This document shows, piece after piece, positions 27,091 to 38,549 of a stretch of 64,000 bases of DNA. A program made the translations under genes and the position numbers. The stretch comes from the human T2T-CHM13v2.0 reference genome, Homo sapiens. The notes under the pieces are model-generated. The model did no database searches and was not told the DNA's origin. It was given only the letters and a program-made list of their open reading frames with translations. The stretch lies in assembly GCF_009914755.1 (NCBI RefSeq), contig NC_060945.1; one strand, written 5' to 3'. Position 1 is the stretch's first letter, and each line of letters begins with the position of its first letter.

Positions 27091-28764
27091 ACATTTTTAA
27101 AGGCAGTCAAATGGAAGAATATGCAGTTTTAGCACACATGTATTGATAAAGTCATAATAAACAACAATTATTGAGTGCCTATCATGAAAATAATGCACAC
27201 AAGGCTGCAGGTTGTTGACCTTGCTGAGTCTCAGAAAAGTGGCTCGAGTAGCTCGTGGAGGAAGTGGGGAGAAGGCGGCGCTCACAGAGCTTCCCGTGAG
27301 CCGGTGCAGCATGAAGATCGAATAAACCTGCTGAGGACACTCCGGGTGGAATGGCGTATCTTCTAGCTCTTCAATGTCCCTTCTGCTCACACAGAGCATG
27401 GAGGGTCTCCCCTGGACTTGCCCCAAGGGGGGTCGTGCTTTGCCCCAACCCTCCAGGCCTCTGCCACAGGCTGGAGGAGCTGCTTGATGCAGACACTTGA
27501 CCTCGGAGGTGTTTAACCCAGATGTCCCCAGATCCTCTGGCCTTCTGAGGTCACTCTTTATAATCCAAATAAAATAACAAGAGACAGTGCCCTCCAAACT
27601 GTGGGGAACCTATCCAGCCTCCCCCGACCCCACCCCAACTCCTGTGGCTTTGGGGCATTCACACTCTCCTGGTCCTGTCCTGGCACCCTTGCTCCCACTG
27701 GACTGGACGCTGTGCTGTCTCTCAGGTACGCAAGTGCACCACAGACTCTGATATGTACAGAACAGGCCCCTGGGTCTCGGTCCCCAAAGCACCTCTTCTC
27801 AGACCTTCTACTGAGAGGTCGGGGGTCGGGTCATGACACACAGCAGGAAATGAATGCACGACTCAGGCCAGAGGCATCAGCTGGTCCTCCCTCCCTTGGG
27901 CCTCTCCCTGGCCATGCCCCAACCTGGCTCACACTCCCTCAGGGTTGCAATGACCTCCGATCCCAAGACCCTTTTCCCAAGTCCAATTTTTCCTCCAAGT
28001 TCCTGGTCCCTTGTGGTGGGCCAGTTTATTCAGCTTAGGAGAAATGATTGTTAAATATTCAGAATCTTCTCAAGCAGGTTGTTAAACTGCTCATAGCTTG
28101 AAATCAGCCAGGATATGAATATTTACACCACGGATGACAGCTAACACTCCACGCCAGGGTTCTCATCTCACCGCAGCGGGACAGGGGTACACGCCACACA
28201 CCAGGGTTTCATCTCATCACAGGGTAATGTTTACAACGCAGAGACCAGCAGACACCACACACCAGGGCTTTTCACTTCAAGGGGCCCATCCACCACACAC
28301 CTCGAGCCCTCACCTGCTGGTCACTGCCTGTGGGCCTGAAGCCCTCCAACTTTCCAGGCAGAGCCAAGCAGCTCTCCCTTAATCTCAGGATCCTCCAGGC
28401 TAGATGAGCCCTGGGGCTCTAGAGTCCTCAACCACAAAGGCTGCCGAATGTCTTCTTCTCAAAATTAAAAACAATTCACTTCCCATAAAGAAATCTTTCA
28501 ACCTCCTAGAACAACCCCTCTGAACTCTGAACTGGACCTTCCCTTCACAATAATGTTTTTTCACATTCCCACTCATAAATAAACCCAAATCCTCTCTCTT
28601 TAGATGGAAGGAGCTCCTTTTTTATAGCTAGACCCAACCGTCTGGGCACCCATCAGATATTTTCACATCAATCCCACACCGCCATGTCTAAATCATGCTC
28701 CGCCCCGCTCTTCTCACACAATCTGGGTTTCTCATTCTGATTTCCCACGTCCCTTGCTCTCTGA

Positions 28765-29000
28765 GGCAGCAGAGGTTAATGGCTAAGAACATAGAATACG
28801 GGCCTGCCAGGCCTCCAGTGCATGCTCCTCTGCCTGCTGGTGCAGCCTTTTGCACAAGTTCTTCATTGTGACTCAGTTTCTCCATCTGTAGAGTGGGGAT
28901 AATAACAGCCCCTACTTTACAAGGTTGATGTATGGGTTAGTGAGGTCATATTTACAAACTTGCTCAGAATACTTCCTGACACACAGCAAGACCTATCACA
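28765..29000 (+). mobile_element. MIR
   Basis: Core ctcagtttctccatctgtagagtggggataataa. Confidence 0.75.
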
Positions 29001-29404
29001 TGACTGTTTGCCGAAAAAAATAAAAATAAATCCAGCTCCCAAGCCATTCATTGGTCTACGGATTCAAGATAAAGAGAATATAAAACAAGAAGAAAAACAT
29101 CCTTGACTCAACTGAGTGTGAAGAAATTAGGGGGAAATAATAGTAAGCAATACCAAATGACAATCACAGAGGGGCGGCCAAGGGCTGCTGACCTTCTGTG
29201 GTCCACGCAGAGGCTGGGCTCCAGCCCATTGGCCGGCTCCCTCCACGGCCCCACGGTCCCGCTCAGTTCTGACACCTGGGGAGCTTCAGGAGCTAAGCTA
29301 CGCTACACGGTTCATGGTGAGCATCCTCAAGAAACCACCCCAAACACCAACAAGGAAAGAAGCCTGGGGCCTTGTGCTGGGACAACACACACACCCTTGA
29401 GAGA

Positions 29405-29411
29405 TATATAA
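29405..29411 (+). promoter_or_regulatory. TATA box of KRTAP10-12
   Basis: TATATAA followed about 25 bp later by a cactcactc initiator-like sequence typical of KRTAP10 genes. Confidence 0.75.
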
Positions 29412-29417
29412 GCTCCT

Positions 29418-29600
29418 AGCACCCAGACACTCACTCACTCCCTCCTTCCCATCCAGCACCCAGACGCTCACTCACTCCCTCCCTCCTGCCCATCCAGCAC
29501 CCAGACGCTCACTCACTCCCTCCCTCCTGCCCATCCAGCACCCAGACACTCACTCACTCCCTCCTTCCCATCCAGCACCCAGACACTCACTGTCTCCCTC
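29418..29600 (+). repeat. 37/41-bp minisatellite (about 4.5 copies) between TATA and ATG
   Basis: agcacccagac(a/g)ctcactcactccctcc...ccatcc units start at 29418, 29455, 29496, 29537 and 29574. Confidence 0.95.
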
Positions 29601-29641
29601 TCAGCTCCCCCAGCTCAACCCCCAGCACGGCTGCATCCACC

Positions 29642-30379
29642 ATGTCCGTCTGCTCCAGCGACCTGAGCTATGGCAGCCGCGTCTGCCTTCCTGGTTCCTG
29701 TGACTCTTGCTCCGACTCCTGGCAGGTGGACGACTGCCCAGAGAGCTGCTGTGAGCCCCCCTGCTGCGCCCCGGCCCCCTGCCTGAGCCTGGTCTGCACC
29801 CCAGTGAGCCGTGTATCCAGCCCCTGCTGCCGAGTGACCTGTGAGCCCAGCCCCTGCCAATCAGGCTGCACCAGCTCCTGCACGCCCTCGTGCTGCCAGC
29901 AGTCTAGCTGCCAGCCGGCTTGCTGCACCTCCTCCCCCTGCCAGCAGGCCTGCTGCGTGCCCGTCTGCTGCAAGACTGTCTGCTGCAAGCCTGTGTGCTG
30001 TATGCCCGTCTGCTGTGGGCCTTCTTCTTCATGCTGCCAGCAGTCTAGCTGCCAGCCAGCTTGCTGCATCTCCTCCCCGTGTCAACAGTCCTGCTGTGTG
30101 CCCGTCTGCTGCAAGCCCATCTGCTGTGTGCCTGTCTGCTCTGGGGCCTCCTCTCTGTGCTGCCAGCAGTCTAGCTGCCAGCCAGCTTGCTGCACCACCT
30201 CCTGCTGCAGACCCTCCTCCTCCGTGTCCCTCCTCTGCCGCCCTGTGTGCAGACCCGCCCGCCGCGTGCCCGTCCCCTCCTGCTGTGTCCCCACCTCCTC
30301 CTGCCAGCCAAGCTGCGGCCGCCTGGCCTCCTGCGGGTCCCTCCTCTGCCGCCCCACATGTTCCCGCCTGGCCTGCTGA
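29642..30379 (+). CDS. KRTAP10-12: Keratin-associated protein 10-12 (245 aa, single exon)
   Basis: MSVCSSDLSYGSRVCLPGSCDSCSDSWQVDDCPESCCEPP..., CCQQSSCQPACC and CCVPVCCKP repeats, ends CSRLAC*. AATAAA at 30691. Confidence 0.95.
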   Translation: MSVCSSDLSYGSRVCLPGSCDSCSDSWQVDDCPESCCEPPCCAPAPCLSLVCTPVSRVSSPCCRVTCEPSPCQSGCTSSCTPSCCQQSSCQPACCTSSPCQQACCVPVCCKTVCCKPVCCMPVCCGPSSSCCQQSSCQPACCISSPCQQSCCVPVCCKPICCVPVCSGASSLCCQQSSCQPACCTTSCCRPSSSVSLLCRPVCRPARRVPVPSCCVPTSSCQPSCGRLASCGSLLCRPTCSRLAC

Positions 30380-30690
30380 GGCCTCTGCTCAGGCCAGAAG
30401 TCCAGCTGCTGCCAGGCATGTCCCCCAGGGCCACTGGGCACTATGAGTCCCCCACCTCTCCCACTACTGGCCCCTCGGCTGCTCTGGTGTCTGTCTCTTC
30501 CTTGGAGATGCGTGCACAGCCTCTCTTCCCCTAAGCCCTGGGGGCTCCTGCTAAGCTCCAGATGACCCTGCCTCCACCCACTCCCCCGGCTCTTCCAGAC
30601 CACTTCCCACATTCCAGGCCCCTGTGGTCTCGCCTCCTTGGCAGCTGCTGTGCCTCCTCTGGCCATTGTAGGACCATGCTTGGAAGTCCT

Positions 30691-30696
30691 AATAAA
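30691..30696 (+). terminator. Polyadenylation signal of KRTAP10-12
   Basis: AATAAA followed by a T-rich downstream element. Confidence 0.8.
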
Positions 30697-31309
30697 CACC
30701 CTCCACGTAGCCCGGCTGCACTTTGCTCTCTTCTTTGAGTCATTTCTGGTTGAATTGCTGACCAGCCCGACAGGAGGCCAGGACACAGATGCAGCCTCCT
30801 GGGGCCCTCGCGCCCAGCCTCAGCCCTTCTCCAGGCCCCAACACACATTAGTCTGGCACTGGTGCCGTCCCCGCAGGAATGTACCAGTCCCAGGGAGGGT
30901 CAACGGAGCGGCCGTCCCCACCCCAGCCCAGCAGGCAAGTCCGTCTCCCAGGGCCCTGATGGGCGAGTGTCAGAGGTGGCAGCGGGGTCACTCGCAGGCA
31001 CAGCCGCCCCCACCGCCCCACATTTCCCCGCCAAGTTGCCAGTCCCTGCCAAGTGGGGGCTGGCTGGACACGGAGTCCTGGTTGCAGACAGAGAGGATGG
31101 CTCGCTCCACCTGCAGCCCAGCCCCTCAGTCCTCACAGGGAGATTCAGAGTCCCGGGACAAGCGTCCAGGCTCAGCTGCCAAACCTCTCCCACCTCTCCA
31201 GATCCAGAAGCGGTCCACTTCCTTCTACTGCCCCTACAACTCCCGTGTCTGAAGCCTACTGCCCAGATCATGAATATCTTGAAGTCTCTTCTAACAGAAA
31301 ATAGATAAA

Positions 31310-31838
<529 letters not shown>

Positions 31839-33436
31839 AGGGTTGGGGAAAGAAAAGGGGTGCAGCCGAAGGCCCCTCCCTCCTGACTGCAGCCTCTGAC
31901 TCAGTGCTGCCTTGCACCTCCCAGAGGAAGTGGGTCCTGGTGACCCCATCTCACCCCCAGCTCCTCCAACACACCGTTCTTCTCTTCCCTCTTCCCACAG
32001 CTGGCCAAGAACTGCGGTGCTCAGGTCGCTCTCCCTCTGTCCCTCACTCTGCCGGCCAGCCCCTGCTGCGCCTGGCCCTGTAACGCCGTCTCCCTGGGCT
32101 TCTGGGATGCGTCTGTCTCAGCTCCTGCACCCACTCCTCTGACTTTTCTCTATGTGCGTTCTCTCCCTGCCCCCAAACTCCAGGTCTCCAACCAGGTGCC
32201 TCCCCTGGGCTCCCAGCCACGCTTACGGCGGCCTCCAGGTGTGCCCCCAGACCGAAGGGAAGCTGCATCTGGGCACATCTGAAGCTGAGCTAGCGTCTTC
32301 CTCCAAACTGCCCTCTCCCCTGACCGGCTGGGGCAGCTGGACTCCACCCCGTCCCCCGCCCTGCCCTGGCCCTGCCATCTTCACTGAGCTGCCAGATATC
32401 TTTGGGGTCTGCCCTGCCTCTCCCCTCCACCATTTCTTTAGCTTAGGGTGATTTGCTAAACAGCTCTGGGCCAGCAGGGCTGCCAACAGTCCTGTCCACA
32501 GGTAAGAGCATCCTAGGAGACGCCCCGTGCTTTGAGAGTGCCCCATGACAACAGAGATTCTTCTACAGAATTTTTTTTGGAAGAAAGCATGTTCTTTGTC
32601 CAAGAGAAGATGCTGATTTTGGAGAAAGATAGGAAGAACTTGGTGACTTCAGGCGACACTCTGCCTTCCAGTCCAGGGTTCCACCACCAGGAAGGCTGGA
32701 GAGCAGGAAGAAAAGGGCTGGCAGCACAAAGGCTGGGGTCGTGCTGGGTGTCACGTGTGCTTGGCAGGGAGAGCCGTTCCTCTGTCCTTGCTGGGGCCCC
32801 TCCTCTGCCGACCCCCAGTGCAGTCCCTCAGCCCATCCCTGCAATCCCTCAGCGATGAAGGACCGGAGAGAGGAGGCCAGTCCACACGAGAAGAGCCGAG
32901 GGAGCAGAGACTTCCCAGAACCCCCCTTGCCAACCAAACAGCACACAGTGAGAGGGGCCTGGAGGCCCCGGGGGTGCCGCATGAGGCCTTCTATTTTGTC
33001 AGAAATTCACGATATCCATGAAGTCCGTGGTTTGAATCTGCCTTGGGGCCGGGCAGTGGGAACTTCACGGTTAAAGAACTCCTGGGGGCCCTGAAGCCTC
33101 AGCCCCTCAGCAGTGTCTGGTTAAACCCACCTGCAGCAGGGAAACCTTCCACCTAAAGGCATCCCAGGCTTGCCAGGCTTGAGAGGAAATTCAGGTGTCA
33201 CTGTTAAGCCTGATACTGCCTCGTGGCCAATAAAAACAGTGGCTGACCTTCAGGAAGCCTTCGTGACCTGTTTTGAACCACGTAATCCTCACGTGGCCTT
33301 GTGGGGTGAGTGGACCATGACCCCATCTTGCAGAAAAGGAAACCGCAGCCCATAGGGTGATATTCCAAGGTCGTGCAAGCCAAGTCAGAGGTGAGAGGTG
33401 GACAGAGGCAGAAACCAACAGAACCCTGGGAAAGGG

Positions 33437-34664
33437 TGTGGTGGTGAAATGACACCCCCCAGACGATGTCCCTACCCTCATCCCTGGAACCTGTGAATCT
33501 GCCCTTATAGTGAGGAAAAGCACTTTGCAGATTGATTAGATTGCTGATTAAGATCCTTAAACATTTTTTAAACCGACACATCATTATTGTACATATCCAT
33601 GGAGTTCCCAGTGACGCTTCCATAGGGACAGCGCGGAGTGGTCGGGCCGGGGTGCCCAGAGCTCCCACCATCTCAAACACGGACTGTTTCTCTCTGCGGG
33701 GAACATTCGATACCTTCCTTCCAGCGACGTGAAACGATATATTCTTGCTGATTTACAGTCATCCTACAGTGCTATCTAGAACAGCGGTCCCCAACCTTCA
33801 TGGCACCAGGGACCAGTTTTGTGGTAGACAACTTTTCCACGGACTGGGGAGGGGGATGGTTTGGGGATGATTCAAGCGCATTACATTTATTGTGCACTGT
33901 CTTTCCATTATTACATTGTAATTTATAACGAAATAATCATACAACTCACCATCATGTCAAATCAGTGGGAGCCCTGAGCTTGTTTTCCTGCAACCAGATG
34001 GTCCCGTCTGGGGGTGATGGGAGACAGGGGCAGACCATCAGGCATTAGATTCTCACAAGGAGCAACAGAGACCCCTGGCATGTGCAGTTCACAGCGGGGT
34101 TCGTGGTCCTCTGAGGATCCAGTGCTTCCACTGATCTGGCAGGAGGCGGAGCTCGGGTGGTAAAGCTCACTCACCTGCCACTCCCCTCCGGCTGTAAAGC
34201 TCACTCACCTGCCACTCCCCTCCGGCTGTAAAGCTCAGTTCCTAACAGGCCACGGCTGTAGTGGTCCCCGTCCCGGGGTTGGGACCCCCTGCTATAGAAC
34301 ACTAGAACGTGTCCCCCCTGAGCAGCTGCAATTCTGTGTCTTTCGGCAAGTCTCTCCCTATCCTCCCTGCCCTGTCCTTCCACACTCCAGCATCTCCTGC
34401 CCTGTTTTCCTTCCGTGAGATCCACGTTCTCTGTCCTCTATCTCTGAGCCAAGTTCAGAGCCCTGAGATATGAGATGATCCTGGCTTAGCCAGAGAGACC
34501 CTAAGTGCCGTCACACACGTTCCTATGAGAGGGAGGCAGGGAAACTTCACCCAGGAGAGGCAGCGTCCACATGAGCACAGGGGTGGAGACTGAAGCGATG
34601 GAGCAGAGACCACCATCCACCCCACAGAGCAAAAGCTCCAGAGGAACAAAGGGGCCTCCCTGAG
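33437..34664 (+). mobile_element. MLT1-type LTR split by an antisense L1 3' fragment, itself split by MER1
   Basis: MLT1-like 5' part 33437-33558 (ggaacctgtgaat...ctttgcagat) resumes at about 34460 (gagatgatcctgg...). L1M 3' piece on minus at about 33560-33780 and 34292-34410. Confidence 0.65.
33782..34291 (+). mobile_element. MER1A (hAT-Charlie DNA transposon)
   Basis: TIRs cagcggtccccaacc / ggttgggaccccctg. 8-bp TSD atctagaa / ctatagaa. Internal 34-bp tandem duplication at 34160-34237. Confidence 0.9.
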
Positions 34665-35209
34665 CCAGTGCTTCCACCAACTCCTGGCAGGTGGACGACT
34701 GCCCGGAGAGCTGCTGCGAGCCCCCCTGCTGCGCCGCCAGCTGCTGTGCCCCGGCCCCCTGCCTGACCCTGGTCTGCACCCCAGTGAGCTGTGTGTCCAG
34801 CCCCTGCTGCCAGGCAGCCTGTGAGCCCAGCTCCTGCACGCCCTTGTGCTGCCAGCCGTCTAGCTGCCAGCCAGCTTGCTGCACCTCCTCCCCAAGCCAG
34901 CAGTCCTGCTGTGTGCCCGTCTGCTGCAAGCCTGTCTGTTGCAAGCCCGTCTGCTGTGTGCCTGTCTGCTCTGGGGCTTCCTCCCTGTGCTGCCAGCAGT
35001 CTAGCTGCCAGCCGGCTTGCTGCACTTCCTCCTGCTGCAGACCCTCCTCCTCTGTGTCCCTCCTCTGCCACCCTGTGTGCAGGCCCACCTGCTGCATGCC
35101 CGTCCCCTCCTGTTGTGCACCCGCCTTCTCCTGCCAGCCCAGCTGCTGCCACCCAGCCTCCTGCGTGTCCCTCCTCTGCCGCCCTGTGTGCTCCCACCTG
35201 GCCTGCTGA
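34665..35209 (+). pseudogene. KRTAP10-13P: 5'-truncated KRTAP10 pseudogene
   Basis: SASTNSWQVDDCPESCCEPPCC...CSHLAC* is open, but there is no upstream ATG or TATA and an in-frame TGA lies at 34661 in MLT1 sequence. AATAAA at 35570-35575. Confidence 0.88.
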
Positions 35210-37463
35210 GGCCTCTGCTCAGGCCAGAAGCCCAGCTACTGACGGGCACGTCCCCCAGGGCCAGCCAGGCTCAGGTTCCCCCCAACCTCTCCCACTGCTG
35301 ACCTCTCAGCACACGCACTAGTACACACCGCACTGGTACACACCACAGTGTGCAAGCTGGCTGACCTCATACCCTACAACCACGGCTTACCTATCCACTA
35401 CCTCCAAGCCAGGCCCAGGAAACCATGAGACAGCCCTCTCCTATTATTGAAGGGCCCCGGGTGTTCCCTGGTGGAATATTCCCCCATAGCCACAGGAGGT
35501 CCCTGGCCCCCCCTGCCCTTCTCCTCCAAGCCATTGGCCGCCCTTGCCCACCACGTGCCTTGCACAATGAATAAACTGGCCTTCCCTGCCTCTGCGTGCT
35601 CCTCTCCCAGCCTAGTGTTTATTTCATTCTTTCTCGGGCCCTCTATGCAAACACACCCCTGGCTTCGGCAACCCTAGAGACGAGCCACGTCATGGGAGCA
35701 TTTCCAGTGGCGCTGAGTTCCCGGCTCCCATCCCCACAGCCCAGGCCTCCTGGATCTGCACCTCCAGGCAGCTCTCAGGGTGACCCTGCTGCAAATCCAG
35801 GATTCAGGTGGTGATGTCTCTGATGGCACATCTGGCCAGAGGGCTCCTTGGCAGGAGGGGCCTGGTGCCCCCATGCCTCCCTGTCCCTGGTGAGTTTGAG
35901 GAACCCCGGGGACAGGGCCCAGGTTGGCTTCTGTGCAGGGCCCTCTGCAGGCACAGCTGAAGCTGAGTGTCGCTGTGGTCAACCAGCTCCTAGGTGGGCT
36001 GGGGTGGGGCCTCCCTCTCCCCGGGAGCCCTGGCATTTTACTGAAATGGCCAACGCCTTCTGTTTGTGCTTGTGAAGGGTAATGGCAACACCTCTTCTGT
36101 GGCCCCAGGTCTAGCCGGGCGTGGCAGAGGTCAGAGGGAAAGAAGCCAAAGGGTACATGACCTAGGGATCCCACACAATGGGATCTGGGGCCCAAGCTGG
36201 CCACTCTTTGGGGGTTTCCTTTGGGGCCAGTGTTTCCAGGATCCCCAAGGGTCCCACACCCAGCCTCACTCCCCGCCAGAGCCGCCTCCTCACCTGCTGT
36301 CCCCTCCACACCACACCAGTGCCACCGCCCAGCTCCTGAGTCCCCCCAGCTGCAGTGGAGCTGGAACCGGCTGGGACTGAGAGGGGTGCACAGGGCTGCA
36401 ATCCCAGGAGGCCCTGAAATCCAGCAAGATGTTCCCAGGACCCTTAGTGCAGGTCTAAGATCACCTGGCCTCTGTCTGCCCTGGAGAGTGTGGGGCAGAT
36501 GCCCTCAATTGGGCCAGCTTTTCCAGTGCACTCTCCCTGCAAGGACCCTCAGTGAGAGGAGGGCCCTCCCGCAATTAGAACGGGGTTGGTGTAAATGGGT
36601 TCAGACAGACTGGATCCTACCATCCTCTTCCTAGCCCCTGGGGGTGGGGAGGTAGCTGGGACCCTGCCCCCTGCTTCCCTGGGGTACCCCACCCCCCCCA
36701 CCACTCTCCAGGGGTCCCTACCATGGAACACGGGGTGAGAGAAGCCAGTTTCCCACTTCCCTGGCTGTTGGGGCCTGAAATTTTCTGTAGCCTGTCAGTC
36801 CAGACTTTACCCCCTCTGTGACATTATCAGCCTCCTTCTAGCCAAGTCCACCCCCAACCCCCAGGGAACCCAAACCGTGCGGGGTGGCCCTGACCTGCCA
36901 GAGCTGTTGGCCTCCAGCTGGCGGGTAAAACCCACGGCCTTCTCAGAACAGGTTTCTCAACACATGAGACAGAACACACCAGAATTCCGAGGGGAACACC
37001 TGGATGGAGCTGGTTACCCAGATCGTTCAACACCGAGGGGCAGCGGCTTGAGGGTCTTTCCACGAAGGCTTGGATTAACAAGAGGAGCAGAGGTCTCTCC
37101 AGGATGGGCCCACAGGAAATTTCCAGAAGTCTACCACGGGGACCAGAAGAGGAGCCTCGGTGGGTGACAGTGGCAGGTGCTGCCCACTCAGCCATGCGCT
37201 GCCTCCACACCCATCACTGGGGAGATGTTTTCAGGAGAAAGATGCAGCAGCTCCCACCCAGTGTCACGTCACGGCCCCGGCACGCCATCCACTGACCCTG
37301 GATGGAGCCCAGCTGCCTCCGGGAGCGCAGTTTAACTACAAAGGAGCCCTGGCTGCCCGCCCCGCCCAGACGCACTGACCTGTTGTTCTCTGTGGCTGCT
37401 GATGGCCCGTCCCCAACCACTGGTGACTCTTCCCTGGGGCCCCAAGCTCAGCCCCTAACCCCC

Positions 37464-38533
37464 TGTTGCTGGAAGTCAGGGACCCCAAACAGAGAGACCG
37501 GCTGAAACCATGGCAGAAGAACGTGGATTGTGAAGATTTTATGGACATTTATTAGTTCCCCAAATTAATACTTTTGTAATTTCTTATGCCTGTCTTTACT
37601 GCAATCTCTAAACATAAATTGTAAAGATTTCATAGACACTTATCACTTCCCCAGTCAATACCCTTGTGATTTCCTATGCCTGTCTTTACTTTAATCTCTT
37701 AATCCTGTCAGTTGAGGAGGGTGTATATCGTTCCAGGACCCTGTAATAATTGTGTTAACTACAAAAATTGTACAGCATGTGTGTTTGAGCAGTATGAAAT
37801 GTGGGCACCTTGAAAAAAGAACAGGATAACAGCAATTGTTCAGGGAATAAGAGAGATAACCTTAAACTCTAACCGCCGGTGAGCCAGGAAGAACAGAGCC
37901 ATATTTCTCTTCTTTCAAAAGCAAATGGGAGAAATATCGCTGAATTCTTTTTCTCAGCATGGGATATCCCTGAGAAAGAGAATGGGCACCTAGGGGTAGG
38001 TCTCTGAACTGGCCCCCCCGGGGCGTACCTGTCTCTTATGGTTGAGACTGCAGGGGTGAAATAAACTCCAGTCTCCCATAGCGCTCCCAGGCTTATTAGG
38101 AAGAGGAAATTCCCACCTAATAAATTTTGGTCAGACCGGTTGATCTCAAAACCCTGTCTCCTGATAAGATGTTATCAATGACAATGGTGCCCGAAACTTC
38201 ATTAGCAATTTTAATTTCGCCTTGGAGCTGTGGTCCTGTGATCTCGCCCTGCCTCCACTGGCCTTGTGATATTCTATTACCCTGTTAAGTACTTGCTGTC
38301 TGTCACCCACACCTATTCGCACACTCCTTCCCCTTTTGAAACTCCCTAATAAAAACTTGCTGGTTTTTGCGGCTTGTGGGGCATCACAGATCCTACCAAC
38401 GTGTGATGTCTCCCCCGGACGCCCAGCTTTAAAATTTCTCTCTTTTGTACTCTGTCCCTTTATTTCTCAAGCCAGTCGACGCTTAGGAAAATAGAAAAGA
38501 ACCTACGTGATTATCGGGGCAGGTCCCCCGATA
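37464..38533 (+). mobile_element. MER11 solo LTR (HERV-K11/HML-8)
   Basis: TGTTGCTGGAAGTCAGGGACCCC...CCCCCGATA, 1070 bp. 6-bp TSD ACCCCC at 37458-37463 and 38534-38539. AATAAA at 38348. Confidence 0.93.
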
Positions 38534-38549
38534 ACCCCCAGCTGCAGAT

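Noticed and set aside
29668-30786. Long Gln-rich antisense ORFs (also 34501-35097) and alternative-frame Ala/Pro-rich ORFs over the KRTAP10 genes
   Set aside because: They are shadows of the TGC/CTG-rich KRTAP repeats in GC-rich DNA, with no independent start, promoter or poly(A) evidence.
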